Assembly: GCA_048213135.1 (NCBI GenBank)
Contig: PS015034.1
Location: 74,054-138,053 of the forward strand
From: Reclinomonas americana ATCC 50394
Lineage: Eukaryota
Direction of reading: 5' to 3'
DNA length: 64,000 nt
Each line of letters begins with the position of its first letter. Within the stretch, counting starts at the first letter, position 1. Below the pieces are notes generated by a model that saw only the letters and a program-made list of their open reading frames with translations, was not told the origin of the DNA and ran no database searches. The translations under genes were made by a program, and so were the position numbers. Shown here in pieces: positions 60,054 through 64,000 of the stretch.

Positions 60054-62148
60054 ATGTCTCTCTCACCATCGCTCCTCGACAAGCGTCGCATCACGGTTCG
60101 TCTCCTCTCTCTGTTCTTTGCAGCGTCTCACTTTGCCTGTCTGCATTCTTGTGTGTTGTGCGTGTGTTTTTCCTAATGTCACGAGCGACTCTCTCACGCG
60201 CGCGCACTCACCGCCCACGCACGCACGCACGCACCACAGGTCATCTACCGCCAGCAGGCGCAGACTGTCAGCTGGTACCCCGATGCCAGCCCCGCTGGTA
60301 TGCACTGCGCTTTGCCGATTCTATAAGTGTGTCGCGCGGTAAGATGGTGCCATGTCGACTCACCACGAGCCCTCTCTCTTGCGTTTTGCGTTTGCGTGCA
60401 GAGATTGAGCGCCTGGTTCGTCAGGTGTTTGACATCCCCGCGCACCACTCGATCCTCCTGCGCGATCTCGATGGAGACGCGGTCGTGGTGTCGCCCAACG
60501 TTTCGTGCCCATCGCATTCTTCCGTGCGCGCGTGTGTGTGTGTGCGACGCATCATGCTTGTTCTTCTCACAGCTGCCGAGCAACCGCACCTTCTCGCTCA
60601 CCGTGGACGATACCTATCTGCGCCCGTCGTCGCCTTGTTGCGTCTGCGTCTGCATTGGTGTCTCAGGGGTGTCGCTGACGTGTGCATGCATTGCAGATCG
60701 CTCGACCACGCTGAGCGCCAGCTACTCGTCGCCATCGCGCACGTCGCCGTTCCGCTCGTCGTCGCCGGTCCTGTCCCGCTCGGCCGCCTCGCCGTTCCGC
60801 TCCTCGTCGCCGCTGCGCTGTTGCGTCTTTCGTTTTTCTCTACTGCTTCTTNNNNNNNNNNNNNNNNNNNNNNNNNNNNNNNNNNNNNNNNNNNNNNNNN
60901 NNNNNNNNNNNNNNNNNNNNNNNNNNNNNNNNNNNNNNNNNNNNNNNNNNNNNNNNNNNNNNNNNNNNNNNNNNNNNNNNNNNNNNNNNNNNNNNNNNNN
61001 NNNNNNNNNNNNNNNNNNNNNNNNNNNNNNNNNNNNNNNNNNNNNNNNNNNNNNNNNNNNNNNNNNNNNNNNNNNNNNNNNNNNNNNNNNNNNNNNNNNN
61101 NNNNNNNNNNNNNNNNNNNNNNNNNNNNNNNNNNNNNNNNNNNNNNNNNNNNNNNNNNNNNNNNNNNNNNNNNNNNNNNNNNNNNNNNNNNNNNNNNNNN
61201 NNNNNNNNNNNNNNNNNNNNNNNNNNNNNNNNNNNNNNNNNNNNNNNNNNNNNNNNNNNNNNNNNNNNNNNNNNNNNNNNNNNNNNNNNNNNNNNNNNNN
61301 NNNNNNNNNNNNNNNNNNNNNNNNNNNNNNNNNNNNNNNNNNNNNNNNNNNNNNNNNNNNNNNNNNNNNNNNGTATCTCTCTCTATCCGTGTCGCCGACA
61401 GTGCACCACAGCGGCCTCGCCGCGACTGTCTCCGCACCTGACAAGTTTTGTGTGTGTGTTTGCCTCTTATAACTCCCCTCTCCACCGCGTGGTGGTGCTG
61501 ACCGACCCTTTTTCCGCACAGCGAGCCCGCGTTTTGCTGGCGGTGCCTCGTCGTCGTCGTCGGTTTTCGCCTCGTCGGGCCGTTCGCTGTCGCCGTCGCG
61601 CGCGGCGTCGTCGGCGCTGGCCAAGGAGTCGCTGGACCGCATCGACAAGCTGCGCAACTTTGAGAAGCACGTGCGTGAGCTGCAGGACAACAAGTTCCGC
61701 GAGTATTTCACCCTGTCGCCGGTGACGGGCGATTACATCTGGGCCAAGGATGTGACCTCGGGCGAGTTCATGAGCGCCATCTCCACCGATCTGTACTGGA
61801 ATGCNNNNNNNNNNNNNNNNNNNNGGGAGCGTGCGGCCTGCTGTCGACTCGTCGGCGGGATGAGGTCGATCGCATCCTCAACGGTGCGCTGTCGGCGTAC
61901 ATGGATGCGGTCCGCGAGCTCGGACGTCGTGGCAACTTTGATTTGGTGGTGTCGATGGAGGCCGGCTTTGCACGCGAGGCGCTGCGGGCTGCCTACACCG
62001 AGACCATCAACGTCATCCAGCAGATCATCCACGAGAAGATCAAGGAGGCCGAGATCTACACTCGGTGAGTTTAGCGGACGCGCGCCGTGCCGGAGAGGGT
62101 GGAGTGGAACTGACGAGGGGCTTCTGCGTGCGCAGTGACGCATACTAA
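60054..62148 (+). CDS. Hypothetical protein: N-terminal ubiquitin-like/PB1-like segment, Ser-Pro-Arg-rich linker, helical C-terminus
   Basis: In-frame exons MSLSPSLLDKRRIT|VIYRQQ...SPA|EIERLVRQVFDI...LLRDLDGDAVVVSPN|LPSNRTFSL...EAEIYTR|DAY*. Confidence 0.6.
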
Positions 62149-62552
62149 GGAACGACGATGGATTGCACACTGCAGCGTGGGTACAGGGGGAGAGAGGAGA
62201 GTGATGAGAGCATTCCAGTGTACTTCTTTTGAGTAACGTCGATCAGCTGGGCACCTGTCCATGAACACAAGACATTAGGAGAGGAGGAACAGCGTGGCCG
62301 TTCTTTTGGTTCCAAGTGGGGGGTTTGGCGTTCAGAAAACGCCGTGGGAGAAAAAGAGAGAGAAGAGGACAGGAGATGCAAGGCAGGCCATAATGAGATA
62401 AGAGCCATGCCTGCCTCCCGCCCACTCCACAGCAGAAGTGGACCCGCGCGACACATTGGCACACGCCGGCCCACAACCACCACCACCAAGTTACCGCCGG
62501 GAGCGGCGGCAACCTGGTGGATTTGTTGCAGCAGAGGTGCAGGTGGAGGAGC

Positions 62553-63073
62553 TTACTGCTCGCCCTCGCCCTTGCCCTTCTTCTTGGGCAGCAGCGAGCC
62601 GTGGATGTGCGGAATGACACCACCCTGGGCAATGGTGACGTTCTTCAGCAGCTTGTTGAGCTCCTCGTCGTTGCGGACGGCCAGCTGGATGTGGCGCGGC
62701 ACAATGCGCGACTTCTTGTTGTCGCGAGCGGCGTTGCCGGCGAGCTCGAGAATCTCAGCCGCCAGGTACTCCAGCACGGCGGCCAGGTACACGGGGGCGC
62801 CAGCGCCAATGCGCTCGGCGTAGTTGCCCGACTTGAGGAAACGAGCCAGACGACCCACAGGGAACTGCAGGCCGGCACGAGCAGAGCGCGAGATGGCCTG
62901 GAGAGAGAGAGAGAGAAGTGTTGTCAGCAACACTGTGCGCACACAAGACAACCACCACCATCGCCACCATCGCCACACACACAAACCTTCGACTTGCTCT
63001 TGTTGCCGCCAATGATCTTGGCACCCTCCTCCACCACAGCCTTCATGGTCTTGGTCGCACGCACAGACGCCAT
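62553..63073 (-). CDS. H2A: Histone H2A (one intron, 62898-62986)
   Basis: [14 protein letters not shown]...[50 protein letters not shown]...VTIAQGGV. Confidence 0.98.
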
Positions 63074-63207
63074 TTTGTTGATTGAGTTTTTCTTTGCTCA
63101 CAAGCAGGTACTTGAAGAAGAATATGGGAAACACCGGGTTTCACATGCCGTCGAGCGGGAGTGCGACGCCGCCGAAGACCACCCTCTTGGGTCGTTCGAA
63201 ATGATCT

Positions 63208-63221
63208 CCATTGGCGGGAAT
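63208..63221. promoter_or_regulatory. E2F-like element (TTGGCGGGAA) upstream of H2A
   Basis: Matches the E2F core TTsSCGC/GGCGGGAA about 140 nt upstream of the histone ATG. Motif match only. Confidence 0.35.
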
Positions 63222-63286
63222 CGCCGGCCGACCGATCGGAGTGGTGGGCTGCGCGGCGATGACCCGGGCTGTGGATGGCGCGACGA

Positions 63287-64000
63287 TTAACGAGAATCAT
63301 GATCATGCACTTGCGTCTGTGCGTGGGCCTTGGCGCTCCTTTCACAAATGGCAGTTGTGCCATCAGCAGTTGGTCCGCGTGCCTGCGCGGGAAAAAACCG
63401 GCCAATTCGCACGTTTTCTCCTCCGACGGCGCACTGCGATGCGCTGCTCTCCACCGGCACATGTGGTGAAGGTGGAGGTGGTGACGGGTGGTGACAGTGG
63501 CCGCCACGATGCGCACGCCATGCCCACACCGGAGCTAAAGATTCCAAGTCGACATCGACCGGCGAATATGCGGCAAATTCGCACATTTTGCTGATTGCTT
63601 GCGTGGAGCGTGCGTAGTGCAATCGTGACTTGGCCTCTCGTCTTTTTGCCCCATACACACACCCGACACGCACAAGAGACATGTTGAAAGTGCAAAAGCG
63701 CCACTTCTCCATGATGGAGACGGAGGAGGCAAGCGCATCCCCGTTTGGCACCAGTGGCACCAGTGCCGCCGCCGCCGCCGCAGCCGCCGCCTCTGCCTCC
63801 TCTGCCTCCTCGTCCTCTCTCCACATTGGTGGCATGAGCGGCGGGTTGAGAAAGCAACACAATCCACTGATGGGTGGCCTCTCGCGGCCGTTCGATGCCG
63901 ATCCGCGGCCACTCAAGCGCCCCCACCTCGACTCAGCCTCGTCTTCCTCATCCTCTTCCTCCTCCTCATCGTCATCATCATCGTCAACAGCGCCAACAGC
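63287..64000 (-). CDS. Probable 3' part of a gene entering from the right edge (acidic/Ala-rich)
   Basis: Open acidic frame (D/E runs, EEAEEAEAAAA). Exon structure and stop are unresolved. Confidence 0.35.
   Translation of the reverse strand, partial: AVGAVDDDDDDEEEEEDEEDEAESRWGRLSGRGSASNGRERPPISGLCCFLNPPLMPPMWREDEEAEEAEAAAAAAAAALVPLVPNGDALASSVSIMEKWRFCTFNMSLVRVGCVYGAKRREAKSRLHYARSTQAISKMCEFAAYSPVDVDLESLAPVWAWRAHRGGHCHHPSPPPPSPHVPVESSASQCAVGGENVRIGRFFPAQARGPTADGTTAICERSAKAHAQTQVHDHDSR

Noticed and set aside
1-64000. Alternative genetic code or non-GT-AG introns
   Set aside because: Conserved genes (H2A, UTP12, Sec24, phosphatase) end at TAA/TGA at the expected positions. In the junctions I examined, in-frame stops were explained by GT-AG introns.

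Overview
Eukaryotic, GC-rich, intron-dense draft scaffold with many N-gaps. It probably comes from a flagellated protist (inferred from the gene content) and appears to use the standard genetic code. Genes were reconstructed by hand by joining GT-AG exons in frame. In order: a LYR-motif protein, an intronless WD40 protein, a ~13 kb LRR + coiled-coil (centriolin-like) gene, Sec24, a partial EF-hand-like gene, hypothetical genes, tRNA-Thr(CGT), a ~7 kb tandem duplication of a large secreted NHL/FN3/cadherin/PAN protein, UTP12/WDR3, two convergent alpha/beta hydrolases, a BSU1/PPKL-type phosphatase with EF-hands, a thioredoxin-fold protein lacking CxxC, and histone H2A. Main observations: (1) many 5' splice sites of a one-nucleotide-shifted type (GTTGCGT/GTTNNGY); (2) a duplicated adhesin-like protein in which NHL propellers sit inside split bacterial-type FN3-like domains; (3) a PPKL-like phosphatase with EF-hands and no visible Kelch domain; (4) a bacterial-type hydrolase ending in a PTS1 signal; (5) very tightly packed genes whose stop codons read TAAA. 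Two contigs look inverted by the assembly. All exon joins are predictions without transcript data.
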